A stretch of DNA of 64,000 nucleotides from an uncultured Planctomycetia bacterium (lineage in GTDB: Bacteria > Omnitrophota > Gorgyraeia > Duberdicusellales > 4484-171), in NCBI GenBank assembly GCA_964629655.1, contig CAZVQU010000001.1, positions 84,788-148,787 on the forward strand, in the 5' to 3' direction. The position numbers were made by a program, and so were the translations under genes. Shown one piece after another: positions 8,750 through 17,617 of the stretch. Position 1 is the first letter of the stretch; each line of letters begins with the position of its first letter. The notes beneath the pieces are model-generated. The model had not been told where the DNA came from. It saw only the letters and a program-made list of their open reading frames with translations, and did not search any database.

Positions 8750-8935
8750 CTAACCCCTACCGCATTTTCTCAGCCAATCATCAATATACTTCCGGTCAAA
8801 GCGCCATACTTTGCCGATTTTTATCCCTGATATCCTCTTATTATGTAGCCAATTATAAATAGTCTGCTTCTGCAAGCCTAAATAATCAGCCAACTCTTCA
8901 ACACTCATTAAACGCGGCATTCTTTTTTTCATCAT
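8750..8935 (-). CDS. Excisionase/AlpA-type helix-turn-helix DNA-binding protein, first gene of the pilus operon
   Basis: 61 aa. The sequence SVEELADYLGLQKQTIYNWLHNKRISGIKIGKVWRF is a typical HTH_17 (excisionase family) signature. Its stop codon lies 2 nt from the pilM/N start. Confidence 0.75.
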   Translation of the reverse strand: MMKKRMPRLMSVEELADYLGLQKQTIYNWLHNKRISGIKIGKVWRFDRKYIDDWLRKCGRG

Positions 8936-8959
8936 TTTGTATAATTATGTTATATCTCT

Positions 8960-8988
8960 ATTAAAATCCTTTTGTTTGTTGATGTCAA
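8960..8988 (-). promoter_or_regulatory. Putative sigma70-type promoter of the HTH-pil operon (TTGACA-17 nt-TTTAAT)
   Basis: On the minus strand, TTGACA lies at 8988..8983 and TTTAAT at 8965..8960 with a 17-nt spacer. The ATG at 8935 is ~24 nt downstream and has no strong Shine-Dalgarno sequence. Confidence 0.35.
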
Positions 8989-8990
8989 GA

Positions 8991-9065
8991 ATAATTTGTT
9001 ATAATTTGTTATAACCTTCTATATCTTGTATATATTTAGAACTACCACTATATATTGTATACTTT
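8991..9065. repeat. Two sets of short direct repeats immediately upstream of the pil promoter (candidate operator/UP sites)
   Basis: A tandem copy ATAATTTGTT ATAATTTGTT ATAA lies at 8991-9014. An imperfect repeat CTATAT(C/A)TTGTATA(T/C)(A/-)TT occurs at 9019-9036 and 9048-9065. Confidence 0.5.
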
Positions 9066-9155
9066 TTACTTACCTATTGGTCTAAAAAAGGTAATGCTGG
9101 CTTTATGTTTAAGTGGTTATTTTTTAAGTTCTAAAATGGCTTTAAACCATATTGC

Positions 9156-10022
9156 CTAGCGGTTTAGGTTTAGGAAGGAATGGGCCAAATAAGAAGAACG
9201 GATATAGGGTGCACTTTTTACCCCTCGAAATCCAATTTTTCGGGCATATCTTTCAAAATAGCTAAATTTATCAGGATGGATATACTCTTTTAAAGGGTAG
9301 TGGCTTAAGGAAGGCGGCAAATATTGTCCGAGAGTCACAAAATCACAATCCACTCTCTTCAAGTCTATCAAGGCCTGGACAATCTCATCCTCTTCTTCAC
9401 CTAAACCCAGGATGAGACCGGACTTAGTAAAGACTTCTCTATTTACTTCTTTAATTAACCTTAAAACTTCTAATGATCTCCTGTAGTCAGCCCCTTTTCT
9501 TACCTCTATATATAGAGAAGCTGAAGTCTCTAAATTATGGCTAATGACCTTAGCCCTGCATCTAGCAACCTTTTCGACTAAATCTATTCTTCCTTTAAAG
9601 TCAGGTATTAGGATCTCCACTGTTCTTTCGGAGCCTAAACTCATAACTTCTTCTACTGTTTGACAAAAAAGACCTGCCCCCCCATCATCAAGGTCATCTC
9701 GGGTCGGTGAGGTTATCACTACATAATCTAGATTTAATCTTTTGACCGCCTCTTTTATCCGCCTAGGCTCTTCATAATCTATCAAGCAAGGCTTTTCCTT
9801 GCTAACTCCGCAAAAAGTACATCCCCTTGTGCAATTATCGCCTAAAATCATAAAAGTAGCAACTCCTTGATGAAAACACTCTGAGATATTAGGGCAAAAA
9901 GACTCTTCGCAAACGCTGTGCAGACGCAAATCCCTTAATATCCTCTTTACCTTGTGACAAGAGCCAAGAGTTATCCTCTTGCTCAACCATGGAGGTTTAG
10001 GAAAAACTTTAAGCATTTTCAA
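9156..10022 (-). CDS. lipA: Lipoyl synthase
   Basis: Radical-SAM motif CTRGCTFC plus an N-terminal CEESFCPNISEC cluster. Length 288 aa. Confidence 0.93.
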   Translation of the reverse strand: MKMLKVFPKPPWLSKRITLGSCHKVKRILRDLRLHSVCEESFCPNISECFHQGVATFMILGDNCTRGCTFCGVSKEKPCLIDYEEPRRIKEAVKRLNLDYVVITSPTRDDLDDGGAGLFCQTVEEVMSLGSERTVEILIPDFKGRIDLVEKVARCRAKVISHNLETSASLYIEVRKGADYRRSLEVLRLIKEVNREVFTKSGLILGLGEEEDEIVQALIDLKRVDCDFVTLGQYLPPSLSHYPLKEYIHPDKFSYFERYARKIGFRGVKSAPYIRSSYLAHSFLNLNR

Positions 10023-10821
10023 ATATTTTATAGTTATTCCACTCTTTTGTTTTATACTTCTCTTTGAGAAAAAAAGTAACCTTTTCTTCCTCCGACTCCA
10101 AAAGCCTCTCTTGGCTAAATTCTACTCCAAAAGTAAGTTTAAAACTTGAATACAAAAGCGAGCTTAATGAGTCAAAGTTTAAGGATTTACCAAGAACTCC
10201 TTCCAAAGAGGTTGCTTGATCCTTGATATCTCCAGAATCTTTTATTGCTCTTCTGATATAAAAAGGGGCTATTTCTTGGGGAATGCTACCATGTTGAAAA
10301 ATAATATTTTTTCTGCGCCGTTGAGCATTGCCTCCGATTTTTTTCCCTTCGACTAGAAGATCGAGGTGCTGCCAGCTTGAAAAACAAAAATTCTTATATT
10401 CACCTAAGTTCTTCTCAATCTCCTGGCTCTTAGAATTTAAATCATTAGCAAAAGATGCTTTTAGTCCTAATTGACTATAAAAATGTTTGAGGAAAGAACA
10501 AATTATCCTGTAGGAAGCCTTAACTGCCTTAGGTAGGTTTAAATCTTCCAAGGAACAAACCAAGCTATAGGTAAGTTCTTTATGGTGGAGAATTGCTGAG
10601 CCCCCGGTTATCCTTCTAACAAAAGGAATTTCGCTTTTGGGGTTTAGAACCTCTCGAAAATTCTGATTATATCCTAAAGAAATAAAAGGCTTATCCCACC
10701 CATAGACCCTTAGAGTAGGAATTTTAAAAGAATTGTAGCCTAGCAAGATGGCTTCATCAACAGCCATATTGTAGTAGCCATCACATTTTTGGTCTAAAAT
10801 TAAACGCCAGGTTTTTCCCAT
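10009..10821 (-). CDS. Lipoate-protein ligase family protein, LipM-like octanoyltransferase (catalytic domain only)
   Basis: 270 aa with no LplA C-terminal domain. A Cys sits ~15 residues before the conserved Lys in VEGKKIGGNAQ, as in LipM. It is located between gcvPB and lipA. Confidence 0.6.
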   Translation of the reverse strand: MGKTWRLILDQKCDGYYNMAVDEAILLGYNSFKIPTLRVYGWDKPFISLGYNQNFREVLNPKSEIPFVRRITGGSAILHHKELTYSLVCSLEDLNLPKAVKASYRIICSFLKHFYSQLGLKASFANDLNSKSQEIEKNLGEYKNFCFSSWQHLDLLVEGKKIGGNAQRRRKNIIFQHGSIPQEIAPFYIRRAIKDSGDIKDQATSLEGVLGKSLNFDSLSSLLYSSFKLTFGVEFSQERLLESEEEKVTFFLKEKYKTKEWNNYKIFENA

Positions 10822-12251
10822 TTTAGATTCGGAAATCTTGCTGCTCTTACCTCATCAACTCTCTTTACTGGCGCCAGATGCGGAGAAGCCCTAACTCTCT
10901 CGCAGTCCAGATTGATTTCCTTGTCGATATCAATCATGGTTTGGATAAAATAATCTAGAGTCTGCTTGCTTTCACTCTCTGTAGGCTCTACCATCAAGGC
11001 CTCTTTAACGATTAAGGGAAAGTACATTGTCGGAGGGTGAATACCAAAATCGATTAACCTCTTGGCAACATCTAAAGCTGAGGCTCCTCTTTCTTTCTGG
11101 CTTTGGCAGGTAAAAACCACCTCATGCATACACTTCTTAGGAAAAGCTACTTGATAGTAATTCTTTAATTTCTCCCTTATATAATTAGCAGACAGGGTGG
11201 AATTGTAAGCTACCCGCAAGAGCCCGTCTCTACCTAAACGTAAAATATAGGCATAGGCTCTTACTAAGACTCCGAAGTTGCCATAGAAACTCCTCAACCG
11301 GCCAATAGAGTATTTTACCTGATAATCGAGATAAAACTTATTATTATCTTTTTTCACTAATGGCGTCGGGAGAAAATCTTCTAATACTCCACTAACTCCT
11401 ACTGCACCAGCACCCGGGCCGCCACAACCATGAGGTGTAGAAAAAGTCTTATGGAAATTAAGATGAACTGCATCAAATCCCATAAGAGATGGCTTTGTTA
11501 TACCTAGTAAGGGGTTAAAATTTGCTCCATCATAATAAAGAAACCCCCCTTTTTCATGGATAATATCACTTATGGTAAGAATGTCCTCTTCAAACAAACC
11601 TAAGGTATTGGGATTAGTAAGCATGATAGCGGCTACGCTCGCATCAACCATATCCCTTAGTTTGTCAATGTCTATCAACCCATCTGGATTGCTCTCTATA
11701 ACTTGGACCTGGTATCCGCACATTGAAACAGTAGCCGGATTTGTTCCATGAGCTGAGTCAGGAATGATTACCTTAGTTTTTTTATTACCTTTAATCTCAT
11801 GGAATTTACGAATCATCAACATTCCGGCTAACTCTCCATGAGCACCACTAGAAGGTTGGAAGGTAAACCGTTTCATACCGGTCAACTCAATCAATAACTC
11901 CTCTAAATTATACATTAGCTCCAAAGCACCTTGAATATCTTGTGGCACTTGGTAGGGATGAATATTAGTAAACCCCTCTAGTCGTGCCAAATCTTCATTG
12001 ATCTTTGGATTATACTTCATGGTACAAGAACCGAGAGGATAAAAGTTGGTGTCGACAGAAAAATTCAGTTCTGCCAGGCGTAAATAGTGACGAATAACAT
12101 CTAACTCCCCAAAATTAGGCAGAGGTAAATGAGTCCTGAGTAAACTTTTAGGAAAAATGTCCTCTAACTTTTTCAAGGGAACTTTAGGTTTTTCTAAGTA
12201 AGAGGTCTTTTCAGGATTTTTATCTTTATCAAATATAACTCTTCTATCCAT
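10800..12251 (-). CDS. gcvPB: Glycine dehydrogenase (decarboxylating) subunit 2
   Basis: 483 aa containing the ...PLGSCTMKYNP... motif and a PLP-dependent fold. It follows gcvPA. Confidence 0.92.
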   Translation of the reverse strand: MDRRVIFDKDKNPEKTSYLEKPKVPLKKLEDIFPKSLLRTHLPLPNFGELDVIRHYLRLAELNFSVDTNFYPLGSCTMKYNPKINEDLARLEGFTNIHPYQVPQDIQGALELMYNLEELLIELTGMKRFTFQPSSGAHGELAGMLMIRKFHEIKGNKKTKVIIPDSAHGTNPATVSMCGYQVQVIESNPDGLIDIDKLRDMVDASVAAIMLTNPNTLGLFEEDILTISDIIHEKGGFLYYDGANFNPLLGITKPSLMGFDAVHLNFHKTFSTPHGCGGPGAGAVGVSGVLEDFLPTPLVKKDNNKFYLDYQVKYSIGRLRSFYGNFGVLVRAYAYILRLGRDGLLRVAYNSTLSANYIREKLKNYYQVAFPKKCMHEVVFTCQSQKERGASALDVAKRLIDFGIHPPTMYFPLIVKEALMVEPTESESKQTLDYFIQTMIDIDKEINLDCERVRASPHLAPVKRVDEVRAARFPNLKWEKPGV

Positions 12252-13590
12252 GAAGCACCTCAGCTAATGTATTAACGAAATCATCTATCTCTTCTTTGCT
12301 CTTTTTTTCTGTACAGCAGCTTAGGATACTATTTTTATATCGGTCCGACTTATCCCCTAGATAATAACCAGCAATTATATTCTTCTTATATAGCTCTTCG
12401 ATTATTCGCGGTGCAGCTTCAGTCTCCCAAACAAACTCATTAAAAACACGAGGAGAATGGGGAATTCTGACTCCTCTTACCTCTTTTAAACGCTGATAAA
12501 GGTACTGGGTATTACTTAAAGAATATAGAGCTAGATCTTTCAAACCGTCTCTACCGATTAAGGAAAGATAAACCGCCGCCGCTATTGCGTTTAAGGATTG
12601 ATTGGAACAAATGTTGCTAGTAGCTTTTTCTCTTCTTATATGTTGCTCTCTGGTTTGGAGAGTGAGGCAATAGGCATCGCTTCTCTCCCGGTCTTTAGTC
12701 TTGCCAACGACTCTTCCTGGCATCTGCCTCAAATAATCTTTATTAACGGTTAAGAAACCAAATGATGGCCCGCCAAAATTCAGTCCGCCGCCTAAAGGTT
12801 GCCCATCACCACAAGTAATATCTACGCCTAAAGACCCCGGCTCTTTAAAAATCGCCAAAGACAAGGGGTTAGTAAGCATAATCGCTAAGGAACCCTTGGA
12901 CTTTGCTATTGCAGACAATTCACCAACGTCCTCGATGAGACCAAGAAAGTTGGGGCTTGAAAACACACAAGAAGCAGTGTCGTCATCAATGGCTCTCTTC
13001 AAGGCTTCCCTGTCTACTAAACCATTGCCCCCTGCTACTATCTCTTGGATAATGAAATCAAAACCGCTTAAGTAGGTATAAAGAGTCTCTTTATACTCGG
13101 GATGGATAACGCCAGCAAGGAGAATTTTCCTACGCTTAGTTATTCGTAAACTCATAAGTATAGCTTCGCTAAGGGCAGAGGCACCATCAAGTAACGAAGC
13201 GTTAGAAACATCCATGCCAGTTAAAAGACACAAAAAACTCTGATACTCATATATGGTTTGCAGGATTCCTTGGGAACATTCTGCCTGGTAAGGAGTATAG
13301 GCGGTAAGAAATTGGGAGCGAGAAAGAATAAATGGTAAAGCCGCAGGAATATAGTGATCGTAACACCCAGCTCCTAAGAATGAGTTGAACTTATCGACAG
13401 GGTTATTCTTCTCGGAAAGCTTCTTTATTATTCTCTTCACCTCTTGCTCACTCTTAGAATCAGGTATATTAAGTGGGGTGTCTAACTTTACCTTGGAAGG
13501 CAATAAAGAGCATAGCTCCTCTAGGGAGCTGGCCCCAATAGCCTTAAGCATCTCTTTGACATCTTTTTTTGTATTAAGAATATACGGCAT
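12244..13590 (-). CDS. gcvPA: Glycine dehydrogenase (decarboxylating) subunit 1
   Basis: 448 aa. The N-terminus MPYI.NT..D..EML..IG matches the GcvPA family. Confidence 0.92.
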   Translation of the reverse strand: MPYILNTKKDVKEMLKAIGASSLEELCSLLPSKVKLDTPLNIPDSKSEQEVKRIIKKLSEKNNPVDKFNSFLGAGCYDHYIPAALPFILSRSQFLTAYTPYQAECSQGILQTIYEYQSFLCLLTGMDVSNASLLDGASALSEAILMSLRITKRRKILLAGVIHPEYKETLYTYLSGFDFIIQEIVAGGNGLVDREALKRAIDDDTASCVFSSPNFLGLIEDVGELSAIAKSKGSLAIMLTNPLSLAIFKEPGSLGVDITCGDGQPLGGGLNFGGPSFGFLTVNKDYLRQMPGRVVGKTKDRERSDAYCLTLQTREQHIRREKATSNICSNQSLNAIAAAVYLSLIGRDGLKDLALYSLSNTQYLYQRLKEVRGVRIPHSPRVFNEFVWETEAAPRIIEELYKKNIIAGYYLGDKSDRYKNSILSCCTEKKSKEEIDDFVNTLAEVLHG

Positions 13591-13620
13591 AATTATAGTT
13601 GTAAGCTTTATCTTATTAAT

Positions 13621-14001
13621 TTAATGGGTTTCTTTATCAACGAGCTCTTTATAGACGTTCTCATCTAAGAGGCCGTCGAGTTCAACAAGATTATCCAATC
13701 TCACCTTAGCCATCCAGCCTTTATCAAGGGCAGACTCATTTATCCAGTGAGGATTATTAACCAAGTCGCTATTTACCTGAATTACTTCACCACTTACCGG
13801 TGAATACAATTCACTAGCTGCTTTTGTAGATTCAATAGTTCCAAATTGAGTTGCTCTTTTTATTCCGTCTCCGGGTTTAGGTAATTCAATAAAAACTATA
13901 TCTCCTAATTGACTTTGAGCATAATCAGTTATTCCTACCGTAGCCACATCTCCTTGGACTCTTACCCACTCATGAGACTTAGTGAATTTAATATCCGACA
14001 T
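13621..14001 (-). CDS. gcvH: Glycine cleavage system H protein
   Basis: 126 aa with the lipoyl-lysine motif ESTKAASELYSPVSGEV. Confidence 0.93.
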   Translation of the reverse strand: MSDIKFTKSHEWVRVQGDVATVGITDYAQSQLGDIVFIELPKPGDGIKRATQFGTIESTKAASELYSPVSGEVIQVNSDLVNNPHWINESALDKGWMAKVRLDNLVELDGLLDENVYKELVDKETH

Positions 14002-15180
14002 TTAAACCTCCTTAGCTGCTCTTATGCCTTTTGTTTTTATACTTACAAAAGGGAATTTAGTCATTTCTGCTTTGTATAATTTACCTCTTACCTCTACGCT
14101 TACCTCACCGCCAATTTTAACATAATCCTTACCTAAGCAGGCCATGCCAATAAATTTACCAAGATTAGGTGAATATGTTCCGCTAGATACCTTACCAATT
14201 ACTCTTGTTCTCCCTGGGGAGATATCTTCGTTTACCCCTAAAGGGACGGCTTCACCTGCTGAATATATAGAATATCCTTGCCGGGGGATAGCCCGCTCCT
14301 GCATAATGAACCCTACTCTTTTTCTTTTTACGCCACCACTCTTTATCTTAAAAAGTTCCTCTTTACCAATAAAATCCTTACTTAGCTTAACTGCCCAACC
14401 TAAACAAGCTTCATAAGGATTAATAGTATCATCTATCTCCTGGCCATACAAAGGATAACCAGCTTCAATGCGTAAGATATCCCGGGAGCCTAAACCGCAA
14501 GGTTTAAGCTCGAAATCCCGGCCTTCGGCAATCAGCTTATCCCACCACTTGCTGCTATTTTCCCAAGGAAGATATATCTCGAACCCATCTTCACCGGTGT
14601 AGCCGCTGCGAGAGATAATAATCTCTTCTCCTTCTATCTGAATTTCTTTAAAAAATAAATACCCAAGATCAGTTTCTTCACGGCTAAAAACCTTCTCGAT
14701 AACTTTAGCTGCATTCGGCCCTTGGATAGATATAAGAGAGTACTCCTTACTCTTATCTATTACCTCTACTTCCGACTGGATATTGCTATTAAGCCATTTA
14801 AATACTTTATCTTTGTTAGAAGCATTGACCACACAAAAAAAACTATTTTTCATGCGATAAACCATCAAATCATCAATAATACACCCGGACTCATTTAAGA
14901 AAAGATTATATTGCATCTGCCCGGCACTAATAGTTGAAAAATCGTTGGAGACGAGCTCTTGTAAAAAAGAAAAAGCACCGGGGCCTCTTATCACTATCTC
15001 ACCCATATGAGAAGCATCGAAAAGACCGCAAGACTTACGCACAGCCTCAGCCTCAGCTAGCGTACTCTTATACTTTACCGGAAGAGCCCAACCTGAGAAA
15101 TCAACGATTCGGCCCTTGTTTTGAAGATGTTTCTGATAAAAAGGGGTTTTTTTTAAATCCATTTTTAATAAGCGCATCAC
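14002..15180 (-). CDS. gcvT: Aminomethyltransferase (glycine cleavage T protein)
   Basis: 392 aa. It has the GcvT N-terminus TPFYQKHL...GWALPVKY and heads the gcvT-H-PA-PB operon. Confidence 0.92.
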   Translation of the reverse strand: MMRLLKMDLKKTPFYQKHLQNKGRIVDFSGWALPVKYKSTLAEAEAVRKSCGLFDASHMGEIVIRGPGAFSFLQELVSNDFSTISAGQMQYNLFLNESGCIIDDLMVYRMKNSFFCVVNASNKDKVFKWLNSNIQSEVEVIDKSKEYSLISIQGPNAAKVIEKVFSREETDLGYLFFKEIQIEGEEIIISRSGYTGEDGFEIYLPWENSSKWWDKLIAEGRDFELKPCGLGSRDILRIEAGYPLYGQEIDDTINPYEACLGWAVKLSKDFIGKEELFKIKSGGVKRKRVGFIMQERAIPRQGYSIYSAGEAVPLGVNEDISPGRTRVIGKVSSGTYSPNLGKFIGMACLGKDYVKIGGEVSVEVRGKLYKAEMTKFPFVSIKTKGIRAAKEV

Positions 15181-15306
15181 TTATGGAGTATGAGCTCTCG
15201 TAGGCGATAAGTGCGAATTAGATTTTATCATATAATTCTATAAATGTAAGAGTCTTTTTTATTGGCTCCTCAAAAGAAATTCTCAATCAAAATGCGATAC
15301 TCGCAC

Positions 15307-15531
15307 TCAGCTAACATCACTTATCTCGACTACTTTATCCCTCTCCTTCTTACCTTTGATTATACTTATATTATACTTCCTCTTATTGTAATAAGCTGAA
15401 AGCACCTCTATTAATTCTTTGTTTGCCTTGCCTTCGGCTGCCGGAGAATTAAGATATACCTTAAGGCCTTGGTTGAAGGAGCAAACTCTAACTTTAGAAG
15501 CATTAGGGACTACCCTTACTTGGACTTTCAT
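15307..15531 (-). CDS. DUF167/YggU-family small protein
   Basis: 74 aa matching the YggU pattern: VPNASK...V.LNSPAAEGKANKELIEVLSAYY...I.I.KG..ERDKVVEI. Confidence 0.7.
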   Translation of the reverse strand: MKVQVRVVPNASKVRVCSFNQGLKVYLNSPAAEGKANKELIEVLSAYYNKRKYNISIIKGKKERDKVVEISDVS

Positions 15532-16387
15532 CGCCTTGGGCCTCGATAGTATGGAGTTTGGAAGAAATATTCTCTATTCTTTTGGATAGGTCGTCATACT
15601 TTGAACTCGCGCTTCTTATATGTGTCCCCAAAGTCCCATAATCACGTATAAAAACAACAACATCTTTTTCTAATCTCTTTAAGTTATCATAAATCTGCCG
15701 AGCCTTTTTCTCTATCTTTATTGCCTGGAAGCCAACAAGAATAGTCTTTAAATATGCATATAAAGTACTCGGGCCGACAACGAATACCTTTTTCTGATTG
15801 GCAAATTCCAAGGCTTCAGTCTCGGTAATAATAAAATAATATATCGCTTCTGAAGGAACGTACATTAAGGCGAAATCACTTGTTCCCTCGTCAGGATAAA
15901 TATAAGTAGCTGTTTCTAGTATTCTTTTTTTTATGCTTTCAAGACAAACCCGCCGCTGGGCCTTCTTGTCAGCCTCTTTGGCATCAATATAATTTTTAAA
16001 CGACTCAAGAGAAAACTTCGCATCTATAGGTACAATTACTGTCGGGAGCTTAATGGCAAAATCTACTCGTTTGCCGTCCCTAAATCCATGCTGAGAGACA
16101 ATAACCTCTTTGGGTAAGATATCTCTAAGCAAATTCTCTAAGATACTCTCTCCGAGGATCCCTCTTGTCTTGGTTGGTTTCAAAATATCATGGAAAGATT
16201 TAGTAAGTTGTAAAATCTCCTGGCTTCCTCTATCTAATCCTCCAATTCTCTCATAAAGTTTAGATATTCCCTCGGCTACTGTTTTCTGCGAATTAAGAAA
16301 GTTGCTCTCTTTTCCCAATTTAAAAATAAGGATAAAGAGAATAATCAGAATTACACCTAGTATTGTAAAAAGGAGATAAGTTGTCAT
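15503..16387 (-). CDS. rmuC: DNA recombination protein RmuC (short form)
   Basis: N-terminal TM helix, a coiled-coil region and a C-terminal RmuC domain (YVPSEAIYYF). Confidence 0.75.
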   Translation of the reverse strand: MTTYLLFTILGVILIILFILIFKLGKESNFLNSQKTVAEGISKLYERIGGLDRGSQEILQLTKSFHDILKPTKTRGILGESILENLLRDILPKEVIVSQHGFRDGKRVDFAIKLPTVIVPIDAKFSLESFKNYIDAKEADKKAQRRVCLESIKKRILETATYIYPDEGTSDFALMYVPSEAIYYFIITETEALEFANQKKVFVVGPSTLYAYLKTILVGFQAIKIEKKARQIYDNLKRLEKDVVVFIRDYGTLGTHIRSASSKYDDLSKRIENISSKLHTIEAQGDESPSKGSP

Positions 16388-16398
16388 GATATAAACTT

Positions 16399-16956
16399 TT
16401 ATTTAAGGAGAGAAATCGCTTTGCTGTAAATATCTTTAACTTCGGACATCCTCCCCTCTCCGTAAACACCGCAGGCTAGTTCGCCCTTCTCGGGAGGCAT
16501 AAAAGAATACTTTTTTATCCCCTTCAACTTCCTAACGTTCTCGACAATTATAGGATTCTTCCACATATTCTCATTCATGGCTGGAGAAAACAAAACTTTT
16601 GTCTCCTTATCTAATGCTGAGACTACTGTAGTAAGAAGGTTGTCGCAAATACCACAAGCTATCTTGGAAAGAGTGTTAGCTGAGGCTGGAGCAATCACGC
16701 ACAGGCCAGCCCATTGAGAGAGGCTTATGTGTTGAATTTTCTCCTCTTTTATCAAGCCAAACATATCCACATATACTGGGTTCTGAGAAAGTTCCTGGAA
16801 GAGTAAAGGTGAGACGAACTTTGTTGCGGCTTCAGTCATCATCACTTTAACTGGATATCCGCCTTTTACGAATAAACGGATTAATTCGCAACTCTTATAG
16901 GAAGCGATTCCTCCGGTTATTCCTATTAAAATGTTCTTATTCTTTCTCATAAACAA
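16399..16956 (-). CDS. coaC: Phosphopantothenoylcysteine decarboxylase (flavoprotein, stand-alone CoaC)
   Basis: 185 aa with the flavoprotein signature ILIGITGGIASYKS. Confidence 0.85.
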   Translation of the reverse strand: MFMRKNKNILIGITGGIASYKSCELIRLFVKGGYPVKVMMTEAATKFVSPLLFQELSQNPVYVDMFGLIKEEKIQHISLSQWAGLCVIAPASANTLSKIACGICDNLLTTVVSALDKETKVLFSPAMNENMWKNPIIVENVRKLKGIKKYSFMPPEKGELACGVYGEGRMSEVKDIYSKAISLLK

Positions 16957-16999
16957 GCCTTATTGTAATCTAATGTGTTCCGGTTGTAAACCTTAATAA

Positions 17000-17611
17000 T
17001 CAAGAACGGATAACTTTATCCAAGGCAGTCAAAAGGAGGTTGCGTGACCCCAAAAAAATAACCTTTTTATCTTTACCAATCAAAAAACCCTTATATCCAG
17101 CTTGCAAATCCTCCAAAGCATTAGCAACTACAAAATCACTTTTATTCTCTCTTAAGCTCTTGTAAGCCTTACTTACAATCCCCTTCCGTTTAGGTTCTAA
17201 TTTGAATTGGATAAGTAATGACTTAGAAGCTAAGCTACGTATACGTTTTATAACCTTTTCTGTGGGAATTAATTTTAAACTTATGCTTTTACCTGAAGGA
17301 ATTTTTCCCTTCAAACGCCTCTTTAATTTATAATCACTTACTGCTGCACAATGGATAATAGCATCATAGTGTTGTTTTTTAATTGCCTTAGAAACTTCCC
17401 TTTTAAATTCCTCGAAATAGCAATAAGAAATAACCTTCAGGCCCTTTATCTTGCCTAAACAATGAAGATTTGCTAAAAGTGTAACTGAATGGCCTTTCTT
17501 TTTTAGGCCCCAAGCTAAATGCAAACCGGTCTTACCAGTAAAACGATTTGTAAGAATTCGGACATCATCTATTTTGGCCCAGGTAGAACCAGCAGTAACT
17601 AATACTCGCAT
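17000..17611 (-). CDS. coaB: Phosphopantothenate--cysteine ligase (stand-alone CoaB)
   Basis: 203 aa with a DFP-domain N-terminus MRVLVTAGSTWAKIDDVRILTNRFTGKTG. Confidence 0.8.
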   Translation of the reverse strand: MRVLVTAGSTWAKIDDVRILTNRFTGKTGLHLAWGLKKKGHSVTLLANLHCLGKIKGLKVISYCYFEEFKREVSKAIKKQHYDAIIHCAAVSDYKLKRRLKGKIPSGKSISLKLIPTEKVIKRIRSLASKSLLIQFKLEPKRKGIVSKAYKSLRENKSDFVVANALEDLQAGYKGFLIGKDKKVIFLGSRNLLLTALDKVIRS

Positions 17612-17617
17612 TTGAAT

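Noticed and set aside
15181-15306. Possible glycine riboswitch upstream of gcvT
   Set aside because: The minus-strand sequence lacks the conserved GGAGAG...ACCGAAGGGGCAA aptamer cores. The space (126 nt, bounded by the DUF167 gene) is too short for a tandem aptamer. No call is made without a covariance search.
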